Shown: positions 18,162 to 27,261 of the stretch, piece after piece
Numbering within the stretch: the stretch's first letter is position 1
Layout of the letters: each line of letters starts with the position of its first letter
DNA from: a virus
DNA: 64,000 nt
Virus record (IMG/VR): IMGVR_UViG_3300030365_000081
Coordinates: 87,625-151,624 of that record
Direction: 5' to 3' (one strand)
Program-made: the position numbers and the translations under genes
Notes under the pieces: model-generated
Database searches by the model: none
What the model was told of the DNA's origin: nothing
Seen by the model: the letters and a program-made list of their open reading frames with translations, nothing else

Positions 18162-19016
18162 ATGGCAGCAAAAATTATTACGATTGCGATTGAAAAAGGC
18201 GGCTCTGGTAAGACGGTTACGGCTTCTAACCTTGCCTACTTAATGGGAGATGAAGGGAAAAAGGTTTTGTGCGTAGACACCGACCCGCAGGGCAACCTGA
18301 CCTTTGCATTGAGCGGCGGCAATACGATTACAAGCAATGCTTATTCCCGCAAAGCGCTGTACGATATGTTTGACGGATTCAAGTATACCTCCACGAAAGA
18401 GTATATTGTGGGGACAGAGTATGAGAATGTTGATATGATCCCGGCAAGCAGCCAGACACCGCGGATTAACAAGCGACTGTCGGACCTGTTGGCTGATGCG
18501 CAGCAGTACGATGTTGGCGACCCAAGACGGTTGGAATCTACGGCCGACTTTTTGCTATACTTTTTGGACCAGGTGCGGGAAAACTATGATTACATCATTA
18601 TTGATACCCAGCCGACTCGTGACAGTATGATCCTTTCAAACGCATTGGTAGCAGCGGATTATGTATTGATCCCGATGATGTGCGATTCGTTTTCTGAGGA
18701 TTCGGCATTTAGAACTTATTCCATTTGCAATGAGCTGCGCAAGAACCCAAAGACGAACCTGAAAGGAATCGGCGTGATTTTGACCATGGTGGACAAGGGC
18801 GCGGCCACGAGAGAGACGCGGGAAGAATGCCAGAGAGTGCTTGGCCCTACCCTATTCAAGACTGAGATACCCAGCGCTTTGGCCGTGAAGACATCGGTGA
18901 GAAGATGTGTGCCGGTATGTTATTCTGCCAAAACGCAACCGATTGGTAAGAGTTATGTGTCGGCTTATAAAGAGCTGAAACAGCGGCTCGAAAAACTGGA
19001 CAAGGAGGAAAAGTGA
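18162..19016 (+). CDS. parA: ParA/Soj-family partition ATPase
   Basis: Deviant Walker A KGGSGKT. 284 aa. Followed by ParB with a 2-nt gap. Confidence 0.8.
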   Translation: MAAKIITIAIEKGGSGKTVTASNLAYLMGDEGKKVLCVDTDPQGNLTFALSGGNTITSNAYSRKALYDMFDGFKYTSTKEYIVGTEYENVDMIPASSQTPRINKRLSDLLADAQQYDVGDPRRLESTADFLLYFLDQVRENYDYIIIDTQPTRDSMILSNALVAADYVLIPMMCDSFSEDSAFRTYSICNELRKNPKTNLKGIGVILTMVDKGAATRETREECQRVLGPTLFKTEIPSALAVKTSVRRCVPVCYSAKTQPIGKSYVSAYKELKQRLEKLDKEEK

Positions 19017-19017
19017 G

Positions 19018-20208
19018 ATGGGTTTGAAATCAAAGCCGAAGAAAGGCAATGAAAAGAAACTGAATATCCCCACCAGCAGTGCAGCAAAAGAAGTGAACGA
19101 TAACGATGCCGGCCGTGCCCTGGTTGGAAAGATTGTTGGCAATAAGACCATTGAGTTTGAAAATAAGGATATCAGCCTGGCAGACATCCGGCTGAACCCG
19201 GACAACGAGATTTTCCGCCAGAATGACAATGGAGAAGATATTGAAATATTAGCCGAAGACATTAAGCGCAATGGCCTGCTGCACAACCTAGTTGTGTTCC
19301 CGGAACAGGAAGATGGTAAGACGGTGTATGTTTTGCTTTCTGGCGAGCGGAGATACCGAGCATTGATGCTGTTGCAGGAACAGGACGCGACATGGAATGC
19401 GGCCAAGAACTGTAATGTAATTACCACTCCTCTATCCCCCAATGAAAAGAAAGTTATTTTGTACAGCGCTAACCTGCAGGTGCGCGGTGGTTTTGGTGAT
19501 GAAATGATCCGGCGTAAGGCATCAGCCGAATTTATTAAGTGTTTACAAGAAGAACCATATAACATGAACCAGGCCGAGGCCAAGAAAGCCTTGAAAGAAA
19601 TCAGTTCCGCAAGTGGAAAAATGATTGATAGAGATTTGCGCCTGGAAAACGATTTGAATAAAGGACTGCTGAAACTGCTGGATGACAAAAAGCTGAAACG
19701 CTCAGAATGCGACAGATTGATTAAATTTGAAGAGAAACAGCAACAGGAACTTTTGAGTTTGTACAATAGATTGTTTGCGATTAACTGTGTGAACGAAGAA
19801 GACCGAGACAGAATCCGCAATGATACCCAACAGGGATTGGACGATGCCTGGAACGGAGACTCGACAGAAGAACGCGAGGAAAGGCTGGAACAGGTATTAC
19901 AAAGTTTTGAAACAAGCGTGACCGCACTTGAAACAAAGATGGCGGCCGAAAAGCCTGCTGAAACCGAAAAACAGGCTGCACTTGAACGCGAGATTGAAAC
20001 TGCTGAGAAGAAAGGCGAAACCAAAACATTTGTTCAGAAAACTTTACAGCCGCTGGCCGGTAAGATTGGCAAGAAGATTGCAACACCGGCATATAAAAGA
20101 GGACTGAAAAAGATGAGCCGGGAGCAGCGGGAAGAAGACATTAAGACGCTGACAGAGCTGATTGAAAAAGCTGCGAAGCTGAAAGAGCTGCTGGAGACGG
20201 TTAAGTGA
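19018..20208 (+). CDS. parB: ParB-family partition protein
   Basis: N-terminal ParB/Spo0J motif (...VLLSGERRYRAL...). 396 aa with Glu/Lys-rich C-terminal region. Third parS-like repeat lies inside the coding sequence. Confidence 0.7.
   Translation: MGLKSKPKKGNEKKLNIPTSSAAKEVNDNDAGRALVGKIVGNKTIEFENKDISLADIRLNPDNEIFRQNDNGEDIEILAEDIKRNGLLHNLVVFPEQEDGKTVYVLLSGERRYRALMLLQEQDATWNAAKNCNVITTPLSPNEKKVILYSANLQVRGGFGDEMIRRKASAEFIKCLQEEPYNMNQAEAKKALKEISSASGKMIDRDLRLENDLNKGLLKLLDDKKLKRSECDRLIKFEEKQQQELLSLYNRLFAINCVNEEDRDRIRNDTQQGLDDAWNGDSTEEREERLEQVLQSFETSVTALETKMAAEKPAETEKQAALEREIETAEKKGETKTFVQKTLQPLAGKIGKKIATPAYKRGLKKMSREQREEDIKTLTELIEKAAKLKELLETVK
19738..19761. repeat. parS-like 24-bp repeat copy 3 (intragenic in parB)
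   Basis: cagcaacaggaacttttgagtttg identical to the two copies upstream of parA. Confidence 0.45.
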
Positions 20209-20660
20209 TGGCAAAGGAAGTAAAAATCAACCTGCGGCTGAGTATGCGTGTACGCGAGGTGCTGAACGACGAGGCCGAGGTTGAAGATACCCGCATTGGA
20301 ACCGTGGCAAACCGGCTGTTGCAGGAAGAGCTTGGCAGGATGATGGCAGTGGGTGCCGACCGCTGCGTGATGAAAGATACCAAAGAATACCGGGCTTTGA
20401 TGCCGCACCTGGAAGGAAGTTATGTGCTACCGACAGAACTGGAAATCAACCGGCACATTACAACGCGGCTAGATGACAAGAACTACCCGCAGGTTTCTTT
20501 GTACTTTACGAAAGAGCAGGCAGAGTTCATGGCCGGACTGGTGAAAAAGCAGAGGATACGAGGAACCCTTTACTATGACGGTAGTGTGAAATCTTACCGG
20601 TATGTGATTGTGGGGATGCTGTTGAAGAACCCGTTGTTTGCTGATTTTGGCCTGAACTAA
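20205..20660 (+). CDS. hypothetical protein
   Basis: 151-aa ORF overlapping parB stop (ATGA). Last plus-strand gene before the convergent terminator. Confidence 0.4.
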   Translation: MMAKEVKINLRLSMRVREVLNDEAEVEDTRIGTVANRLLQEELGRMMAVGADRCVMKDTKEYRALMPHLEGSYVLPTELEINRHITTRLDDKNYPQVSLYFTKEQAEFMAGLVKKQRIRGTLYYDGSVKSYRYVIVGMLLKNPLFADFGLN

Positions 20661-20668
20661 AAAGATAG

Positions 20669-20705
20669 CCCCCGTCCGCTGGGTGACAGTGGATAGGGGC
20701 TTTGT
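20669..20705. terminator. bidirectional terminator at strand-switch
   Basis: agccccc gtccgctgggtgacagtggata ggggct flanked by T/A runs. Genes converge here. Confidence 0.45.
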
Positions 20706-20709
20706 TGTT

Positions 20710-20976
20710 TTAGTCGCTGACTTTTACTGCAAAGTTTTTAAGCTTTTGATAACAATCAATGTAGAGTTCCTGCTTATCGCCGTTATAGGTAACTTCGTAA
20801 TACAGGCCGTCTTTGACAGGGGTGGTGAAAAGACCTTTATTGTTTTGAAGAGTTTTGCACGACCAGACGGTGTAGATATCATCTGGTGACAGATAGACAC
20901 CAGTTACATCAGCGTTATCATTGAAGTAGCGGGAGATGGCGGTGCAGGCAGCCAGTTCAAATTCTTTAGGATTCAT
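20710..20976 (-). CDS. hypothetical small protein
   Basis: 88-aa ORF. Start overlaps upstream stop (cATGaatcctAAa). Confidence 0.4.
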   Translation of the reverse strand: MNPKEFELAACTAISRYFNDNADVTGVYLSPDDIYTVWSCKTLQNNKGLFTTPVKDGLYYEVTYNGDKQELYIDCYQKLKNFAVKVSD

Positions 20977-21215
20977 GGACGGTACCTCCGGTAGAATTAC
21001 AGGTTATATCAGGCGGTGCTTTCCAGATTATATCAAGCGGCGCTTTCCGAGGGGTTGGAGTGGGGATAAACGGCATGTTATCAATCGGCTTGGTGTTTGG
21101 CGTTACCGGCAGAACTGTTTCGCCCTGTTCGGTTGTGATGGTACGCTTGATGAGATGGCCGGCATCATCAAATTCTTCCGTAAAGGTAAAGATTGTTTTA
21201 CTCAACTTTCCAGCC
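20966..21215 (-). CDS. hypothetical small protein (possible TTG start)
   Basis: C-terminal 79-80 aa of track ORF 20966..21487 (LSKTIFTFTEEFDDAGHLIKRTITTEQGETVLPV...). GGAGG 8 nt upstream of TTG at about 21215. The upstream part of the track ORF overlaps the phosphoesterase in another frame and is rejected. Confidence 0.3.
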
Positions 21216-21770
21216 TCCTTCCTTATCCCAGGCAATGAGCTGGTTAAGAGTTTTGGGGGTATAATCATGCAGCATACAGCCAACGTTGATGATGTTGCCC
21301 TTGTTGCTGGCGATACCGACCGCATTATCACGCAGTTCTGCTTTCCACTTGGCGAGATAGGTGTTCTCACGGGTGTTATGAACATGGCCGCAGAGCATGT
21401 AGCAATCTGGCGAATAGGAGTGGTTGTAGAACATGATAGGGTAGTGGCAGAGAATAAGTTTATATTTGCTGGCTGTGAGTTCATCATAGCCCTTGATGGA
21501 AGAAAAGTAGCGCATCATTTCCGGTGAGATTTTATCGTGGTTGCCCTTAATGAGATGGATATGGCCATTGAGCTGTTCAAGGATCATAGGAGCTTCGGAC
21601 GGGTCCCAGAACATATCGCCAAGGACGTAAACGTTATCGCCCGGAGAGACAACGCTGTTCCAGCGCTTGATAAGCTCCGCGTGCATAGAGGGCAGGTCAA
21701 GAAACGGACGGTCATCGAAGCGGATAATGTTACGGTGAGAAAAATGAAGGTCAGCAGTAAAGAAATTCAT
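21198..21770 (-). CDS. calcineurin-like metallophosphoesterase
   Basis: MNFFTADLHFSHRNIIRFDDRPF...GDMFWD...GNHD motifs (D-x-H, GD, GNHD). Start at Met77 of the track ORF, preceded by gaggtga RBS. Confidence 0.6.
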   Translation of the reverse strand: MNFFTADLHFSHRNIIRFDDRPFLDLPSMHAELIKRWNSVVSPGDNVYVLGDMFWDPSEAPMILEQLNGHIHLIKGNHDKISPEMMRYFSSIKGYDELTASKYKLILCHYPIMFYNHSYSPDCYMLCGHVHNTRENTYLAKWKAELRDNAVGIASNKGNIINVGCMLHDYTPKTLNQLIAWDKEGGWKVE

Positions 21771-21826
21771 AGAGAAATCACCTCTGATATGGTAAGATAA
21801 AAGAAAAAGGCAAGGAGTGGTTATGA

Positions 21827-22123
21827 ATGGCAGGACCGACAAGCGTAAGATTTTGCAATGAGATGCTGGAGCTGTGCGGCTACCAGGAGGATGCCCTGAA
21901 CAAATGGAAACAGCGGATACAGGAAGGGGACAGCTGCACAAGAGAACAATACATCCAGATTGAAAAGGAACAGCAGGCGCTGCGGGAGATCCAGGCAAAA
22001 ATCACGGATTATTTTAAGGTGCGGGCCAAATTTGACGAGGAGTTTGAAACAGCGTTTGAAGTGCCGAAGCGGAGTTTGTTTGGACATGCACAGCCGCGAG
22101 TGGTGGTAAGACGAAGAAAGTAA
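21827..22123 (+). CDS. hypothetical protein (plus-strand gene inside minus-strand block)
   Basis: 98-aa ORF with aaggag RBS. Opposite-strand ORF 21821..22087 is judged spurious. Confidence 0.35.
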   Translation: MAGPTSVRFCNEMLELCGYQEDALNKWKQRIQEGDSCTREQYIQIEKEQQALREIQAKITDYFKVRAKFDEEFETAFEVPKRSLFGHAQPRVVVRRRK

Positions 22124-22576
22124 TCAATCCGCCAGGTCGGCTGAAACGGTAACGAGTTCTGTGATTGCGTCTTGAACGGAGGCTGATTCCTTGTCTTTGA
22201 AGAAAGAGTCATAATCGAACCAGCGGTTGTTGATGATATTGCCGATGATTTTAACGGTGCTGCCCCAGCCCTTGGTAGCGACACGAATGTATTTACCTTT
22301 CATGTCTTCCAGACGGGAAACACCGACGACATCCATGATGCGCATGATAGCCTCCATACCGATGGCAGAACCCTCGTAAGAATCTTTTTCATAGCTGTCG
22401 GGGTAGACTTTGCCAAGGCAGTAACCGCCGTAAACAACACTCCAGTCGGCAGCTTTGAGAGTAAGATCAAGAGAGAGGCAGCAATGATCTGTGGATGAAA
22501 GAGATACGTTTGTAATCTGAGCGTTCTCAATGGTGTAGCCTTCATCAGTGAGCGTTTGTGCGGTATATTTTTTCAT
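22124..22576 (-). CDS. hypothetical protein
   Basis: 150-aa ORF. Confidence 0.4.
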   Translation of the reverse strand: MKKYTAQTLTDEGYTIENAQITNVSLSSTDHCCLSLDLTLKAADWSVVYGGYCLGKVYPDSYEKDSYEGSAIGMEAIMRIMDVVGVSRLEDMKGKYIRVATKGWGSTVKIIGNIINNRWFDYDSFFKDKESASVQDAITELVTVSADLAD

Positions 22577-22588
22577 GGCGTGTACTCC

Positions 22589-22852
22589 TTAATGTTTACT
22601 GCTGCTGATATGAGGCCAGAAGAAGATGCCGCCGATCAGGCAGGCCCAGGCATATGTAGAGGGCAGCATTTGCGGGGTGAAGGATGCGGTGTTGAATAAT
22701 TGGTTCAATGTGGAGCAGATGGCGGTGCCAAACATAGGAACCAAAATAAACTTGGCGAGAGCCAGGTGAAACCAAAAGGCCAAAAAATAAACCAGAACGG
22801 TAATAAGAATGCCGGTAAGAATTGAAAGAAGTTTATCTGTATTAGTTGTCAT
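22589..22852 (-). CDS. small membrane protein
   Basis: 87 aa. Two predicted TM helices (LSILTGILITVLVYFLAFWF..). Confidence 0.4.
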   Translation of the reverse strand: MTTNTDKLLSILTGILITVLVYFLAFWFHLALAKFILVPMFGTAICSTLNQLFNTASFTPQMLPSTYAWACLIGGIFFWPHISSSKH

Positions 22853-22855
22853 TGT

Positions 22856-24241
22856 TTACATCTCCTGTGCAAGTGCGGCGATACGGGAACGGTAGATTTT
22901 TTGGAGTTTGACCTCGCCATAAAAATCCTGACCGCGGAAGACCTGGGAGAGGCGGCGCATACCGTTGTTATCGCCAGAGTAGATATCGAGATCGACCTGG
23001 GCGTCATAATCACCATCAATGATACAGATGGAATCTTCGCCGATACGCTGAAGGACAAGCCGCATCATTTCAATATCAAGGTTCTGTGCCTCGGTAATAT
23101 AGACGGCGCAGTTCATGCCGGTGGTATCGAAGCCACGCAGGTCCGATAAGGGGAGAAGTTGGATTTTGTTGGCGTCAATATAGCGCTGGAGTTCCATGGT
23201 ATCGCCGAGTTTAGCGCCGAGCATGTTGCCGATTTGGCTATCGAGCAGCTTTTCATCGCGGGTGCCGGGGTAAAAGCCAAGGCGGGCAGCGCCGGATGTG
23301 GCGCAGGGGTTGGTGAACACGATGATTTTATCAATCTTGTGGGTTTCCAGCAGCTTGAGCATGTGAGCCAGAGCCAGATAGCTTTTGCCAGTACCGGCGG
23401 GACCGCACAGCATGGTGATTTGGTTATGTAAGAGACTGTCAAAGGCGAGCATCTGATAGATATCTTTCTCTTTGGCCCTGACAGCGCCAAATGCCTGCGT
23501 TTTGAAGGGCTTATAATCCACCGCGACATGTTTACCGTCTGCCCACTTAAACGCCTGTACGGAGCTGTCTGCGGGGCTGTGAGCGATAAGATATTGATTG
23601 GGGATAAGGCCGAAGGTATTTCGTTCCGGCTGTTCATAGAGAGCAGCGTATTGCTCATCGGTTGGAGTGACCTCCAGAAAGCCGGTATAGCTTTGGCGGG
23701 GGAGAAGATCCTTGGAGGAACAGACGGGCAGGTGGGCGAGGGAAGAGGCCAGGTGTTTACAGCAGAGATCGTCCGTGCAGAAGGTCATGTCCTGGTTTTG
23801 GCTGTATGTTTTCCAGGCCGCATAAATGATGATGGAATCCGGGGTGTTGGGCAGTGTGCTGCGAAACGGGCATGTATCATCGTTCAGATAATCGGTAGCA
23901 TTGGATACATGATAAAAGCCGGAATCGTGGGTGCTATCGAGATAGTGAGCCATTTGGCGGGCACGATAACGAACGGACTCATCTTTGGTGCGGCTGGTTT
24001 TGATGGATTCCAGCTCCAGCAGGGTTTGGACCGAGATAATAAATGGACGATCGACAACATGTGCGCCCATATTGAGCAGGGCGCAGGTATCATAAAAAAT
24101 AAGCAGAGAGAATTCCCCCTTTGAACGTCTATTGCAGTTTGAAAACCGCTGTGATATACTGAGCGCATAAAATATTTTGTAGGAGGTTAGCACGATGCCG
24201 AGAACCAAAGGAAGCAAGAACAAAGTGAAAGCTGATGCCAA
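22856..24241 (-). CDS. phoH: PhoH-like ATPase with N-terminal PIN domain (YlaK-like)
   Basis: Walker A GPAGTGKSYLA, PhoH core. N-terminal ~150 aa PIN-like. Confidence 0.7.
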   Translation of the reverse strand: MASAFTLFLLPLVLGIVLTSYKIFYALSISQRFSNCNRRSKGEFSLLIFYDTCALLNMGAHVVDRPFIISVQTLLELESIKTSRTKDESVRYRARQMAHYLDSTHDSGFYHVSNATDYLNDDTCPFRSTLPNTPDSIIIYAAWKTYSQNQDMTFCTDDLCCKHLASSLAHLPVCSSKDLLPRQSYTGFLEVTPTDEQYAALYEQPERNTFGLIPNQYLIAHSPADSSVQAFKWADGKHVAVDYKPFKTQAFGAVRAKEKDIYQMLAFDSLLHNQITMLCGPAGTGKSYLALAHMLKLLETHKIDKIIVFTNPCATSGAARLGFYPGTRDEKLLDSQIGNMLGAKLGDTMELQRYIDANKIQLLPLSDLRGFDTTGMNCAVYITEAQNLDIEMMRLVLQRIGEDSICIIDGDYDAQVDLDIYSGDNNGMRRLSQVFRGQDFYGEVKLQKIYRSRIAALAQEM

Positions 24242-24545
24242 TAACTATGAGGCTTTGATTTCCCAGGCTCAGAAAGAAAAGGAAGAGGCAGAGGCTGAAG
24301 TTGCCAAGACCAATGCCAGCATTGAGGAGCTGAAAACCGACCTGCAATCCATGAAAGAAACCTTGAAAATGCAGAAGGCGGATGTGAAGGCCGCGGAGAA
24401 AAAGCTGACCAAGCTGGAAGAGAAAAAGGCCAAGGCGGACATTGCTGCTGAGGCGGAGGCGAAGAAAATTCAGGCGCAGGAAATGATCAACCAGCTGCTG
24501 GCGAACGGCATGAGTGCTGATGAGATTTTGGAAAAATTAAAGTAA
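24195..24545 (+). CDS. Lys/Glu-rich coiled-coil protein (plus-strand, own promoter)
   Basis: 116 aa. taggaggt RBS. Upstream ttgcag-17-tatact promoter-like. Followed by weak terminator hairpin. Confidence 0.4.
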   Translation: MPRTKGSKNKVKADANNYEALISQAQKEKEEAEAEVAKTNASIEELKTDLQSMKETLKMQKADVKAAEKKLTKLEEKKAKADIAAEAEAKKIQAQEMINQLLANGMSADEILEKLK

Positions 24546-24685
24546 TGGGATGGACCGTGTGTGTGGTTGTGCCTGCACGGCTTTTTTGTTTGTGAACTGA
24601 GGTGCCAGGTTTGAAAAACTACCAAATGCGCTTTGAGACCATTCCTTTACGGAGCTGAACCAGAGTTTGTTCCACATGGATCACC

Positions 24686-24922
24686 TTACAGCTCCCAGTA
24701 AGATTTGACATCTTTACTGATTTCAACTGATAACTTACGAGCAATCAGGCGGGCGTGGTTGTACTGGGCTTTAATACCGTAAAAATAAGAAGCGTCCATA
24801 AAGGATAGGCTATCTTTGGCAACAGCATCAGCTGTTTCAATGTTCTTACGGTTTTTACGCAAAAGATCGTCCTGATAGAGCTGCAACAGGCGCAGCAGTT
24901 CTGATTTTTCTGATAATGTCAT
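24686..24922 (-). CDS. hypothetical small protein
   Basis: 78-aa ORF. Confidence 0.35.
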   Translation of the reverse strand: MTLSEKSELLRLLQLYQDDLLRKNRKNIETADAVAKDSLSFMDASYFYGIKAQYNHARLIARKLSVEISKDVKSYWEL

Positions 24923-24978
24923 AAATAATAAACCCCATACCCACCCGCGCGTTAAGAGCGCAACCTTGAATTGTTTTG

Positions 24979-25362
24979 TTACTTATTTAGAGCGTTAATT
25001 TGATCCATCAGCTCACGAATTTCAGCGGTTTCCTGAACGGGTTCTGCGGATTCCAGAAAGAAAATGCTATGTTCGGTTGTGATGGCAAGCTTGGCATAAC
25101 CTATATCCAGGATAATTTCAAGCTCTTTAACAAGGCTGGTATGTAAGAAGCCAGACTTGGAAGCGCCGAGGTTATCTTTGGAGTATTCAAACCAGGCAGG
25201 ATAGCCGGGGCCAAGGAAAGAAATACCATTAAAGGAGCTGCCGATGCGGCGAAGGTAATCGTCCTCGGTGCGGGTTATGCTACAATCGGGGTATGTAATG
25301 TCTGACATAACCCAGGTGGGGGAGATTTTTTCAAGGGCGTTTGGAACAAAAGTAAGATTCAT
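24979..25362 (-). CDS. hypothetical protein
   Basis: 127-aa ORF. Stop overlaps dUTPase start. Confidence 0.4.
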   Translation of the reverse strand: MNLTFVPNALEKISPTWVMSDITYPDCSITRTEDDYLRRIGSSFNGISFLGPGYPAWFEYSKDNLGASKSGFLHTSLVKELEIILDIGYAKLAITTEHSIFFLESAEPVQETAEIRELMDQINALNK

Positions 25363-25946
25363 TAAGTGTTACCTCCTGTAGATCCAAATCCTGCAACGCC
25401 GCGGTCTGTATCAGGGAGTTCTGTGACCTGGGTGACGGTGCAGTGGACGACAGGCTGAACGACCAGCTGGGCGATACGATCCCCGATAGCGAACGCCTGA
25501 GGTTCATTGCTGTAGTTATGTAAGGCCACGATGATTTCGCCAGTATAGTTTTCATCAATGACACCAACCATATTGGCGGGGGCGAGGCCGGTTTTTGTGG
25601 CAAGGCCGCTGCGGGGATAGACAGCGCCGAATGTGCCGTGGGGCAGCTTGATAGCGATGCCGGTATGTACTTTGGCGGTCATGCCAGGCTGGATAATACA
25701 GGTGGCAACGATGACGGTACCGGGAGCTTCCACACGGATGGCGTGCAGATCAAGGCCGGCGTCCGTGGGGTGAGCATAGGAGGGGAGAGGGATGTTAGGG
25801 GCAAGAGGTTTGACGGAAAGTTCATCCTTAAAAACGACATCACCTTCATCCAAAACTGTACCAGTGGACACGGTTTCACCGGGATGATCGCCTTTTGTAT
25901 CATAGACGGGGTAGGTATATTTTACATACGGAGTTTCATAGTGCAT
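25362..25946 (-). CDS. dut: dUTP diphosphatase (trimeric dUTPase)
   Basis: dUTPase motifs (AGLDLHA, GxIDxxYxGE-like GVIDENYTGEI). Confidence 0.7.
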   Translation of the reverse strand: MHYETPYVKYTYPVYDTKGDHPGETVSTGTVLDEGDVVFKDELSVKPLAPNIPLPSYAHPTDAGLDLHAIRVEAPGTVIVATCIIQPGMTAKVHTGIAIKLPHGTFGAVYPRSGLATKTGLAPANMVGVIDENYTGEIIVALHNYSNEPQAFAIGDRIAQLVVQPVVHCTVTQVTELPDTDRGVAGFGSTGGNT

Positions 25947-25958
25947 AAAGTATCTCCT

Positions 25959-26567
25959 TTATTTATACAGACCAATCATCTGGCGGCGAAGATAGCTGAA
26001 CCAGGCGCGGAACATGACGCGGTAATTGGGCTTGGCCGAGAAAACGGGTGCCGGAGTGGTTACAGGTTTTGGAGTTGCGGTCGGTGCCGGAGTAGCTGTG
26101 GGCGTAACAGTCGGTTCCGGGGTAGGTTCCGGCGTGGCAGTAGGTTCAGCTGTGGGCGCAGGAACGGGGCCGCGCCACTGAGCGTAGAGATCCATATTGC
26201 CGGTACAGACATATTCCTGATGAGGGGAATACCAGGTGCCGGAGCCGTCGGATTCTGTGTTCCAGCCGTTGAAGGTGTTGGCACCATAGGTGGGCTTGGA
26301 ATCAATGATTTGATAGGTTTTGCCTTCCTCCTGCTTGAACTCTTTGTTGGCGAAAGAATAAGCCGGGCGGGACCAGTTGCTCCACCAGTAGCCGCCATTG
26401 GCGTGATAGGTAACGATGTAAGTAGTGGCGGCGGTTTCGGGCGTGGAAGATTCAGCATAGGCGGTGGCGCTGAGCCGGGGGCAGAAAACAATCAGAACAA
26501 GCGCCGTAAAGAACGCTGAGAAGAGCACGCCAAATCGAAAAAGTTTGTTGCATTTATTGAGATTCAT
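25959..26567 (-). CDS. secreted protein with Listeria-Bacteroides (Flg_new-like) repeat and Pro/Thr-rich linker
   Basis: Start taken at MNLNKCNKLFRFGVLFSAFFTALVLIVFC (signal peptide) after aaggagga RBS. YHANGGYWW...FNGWNTESDGSGTWY repeat. PAPTAEPTATPEPTPEPTVTPTATPAPTATPKP linker. Confidence 0.45.
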   Translation of the reverse strand: MNLNKCNKLFRFGVLFSAFFTALVLIVFCPRLSATAYAESSTPETAATTYIVTYHANGGYWWSNWSRPAYSFANKEFKQEEGKTYQIIDSKPTYGANTFNGWNTESDGSGTWYSPHQEYVCTGNMDLYAQWRGPVPAPTAEPTATPEPTPEPTVTPTATPAPTATPKPVTTPAPVFSAKPNYRVMFRAWFSYLRRQMIGLYK

Positions 26568-26569
26568 AG

Positions 26570-26758
26570 TTAATCCTCCTTGAGGTAGAGGCCGCAATGG
26601 CACTGACCGGAAACCTGAGAACGAAACTCCTGACACATACATTTGTTGGCCGGGATATGCTCAATGCGACAGGGGCAATAGCCGTTGTTGGACTTGATGG
26701 AGGCGCGAAACTCTTCGACCTCCTCTTTTGTCCAGCTGGGGTTTGTAATAATTTTCAT
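26570..26758 (-). CDS. small Cys-rich protein
   Basis: 62 aa with CPC...CMC...CHC pattern. Overlaps nrdG stop (ATGA). Confidence 0.4.
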   Translation of the reverse strand: MKIITNPSWTKEEVEEFRASIKSNNGYCPCRIEHIPANKCMCQEFRSQVSGQCHCGLYLKED

Positions 26759-27261
26759 TTGTACTCCTTTTGAAACAGGATTGTTTTATCAATCGGTACA
26801 TTTCCTCTGAGTTCATAAAAACGCTGGTTCGTTTTTGGATTGTCAAGGCCGCCAAGTTCAGAGACATACGGGCCAACCTTGATAAAATTGAAGTATGTGC
26901 TGTAATTGCGCGGTCCACCGTCATACATCAGATGAACAAAACTTGGGTAGTCAAGACCTGTATAGAGGCATGTTTTCAAGTTGTACCGATGTGCGATTTC
27001 GCATGCTTTCAGTAGTTCAATTTTGTTCTGATCGCCGCCCATAAAACACACGCAGGTAATCATGGACCGGTATTTATTGATGACCGATGGAAGATTCTCC
27101 AGCAATGGGTTGCCGCTATATTCCCATAAGAATTTGGAGTGGCAGTCAGGGCAGTGATGCGGACAACCTGTGATATCAAACACAAGGCTTATCTCACCGG
27201 GGACTTCTTGGAATGTTACATCATAGTGGCTATACAGAAGCGGTTTGCAATCAGTCTGCAT
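26755..27261 (-). CDS. nrdG: anaerobic ribonucleotide reductase activating protein (radical SAM)
   Basis: CPHHCPDC cluster motif. Start taken at MQTDCKPLLY (overlaps nrdD stop, ttATGcagacTGA) rather than track start 27432, which would overlap nrdD by 180 nt. Confidence 0.7.
   Translation of the reverse strand: MQTDCKPLLYSHYDVTFQEVPGEISLVFDITGCPHHCPDCHSKFLWEYSGNPLLENLPSVINKYRSMITCVCFMGGDQNKIELLKACEIAHRYNLKTCLYTGLDYPSFVHLMYDGGPRNYSTYFNFIKVGPYVSELGGLDNPKTNQRFYELRGNVPIDKTILFQKEYK

Noticed and set aside
21821-22087. 88-aa minus-strand ORF overlapping the 21827..22123 plus ORF
   Set aside because: The plus-strand partner has an RBS and a more protein-like composition, so only one of the two is likely real.
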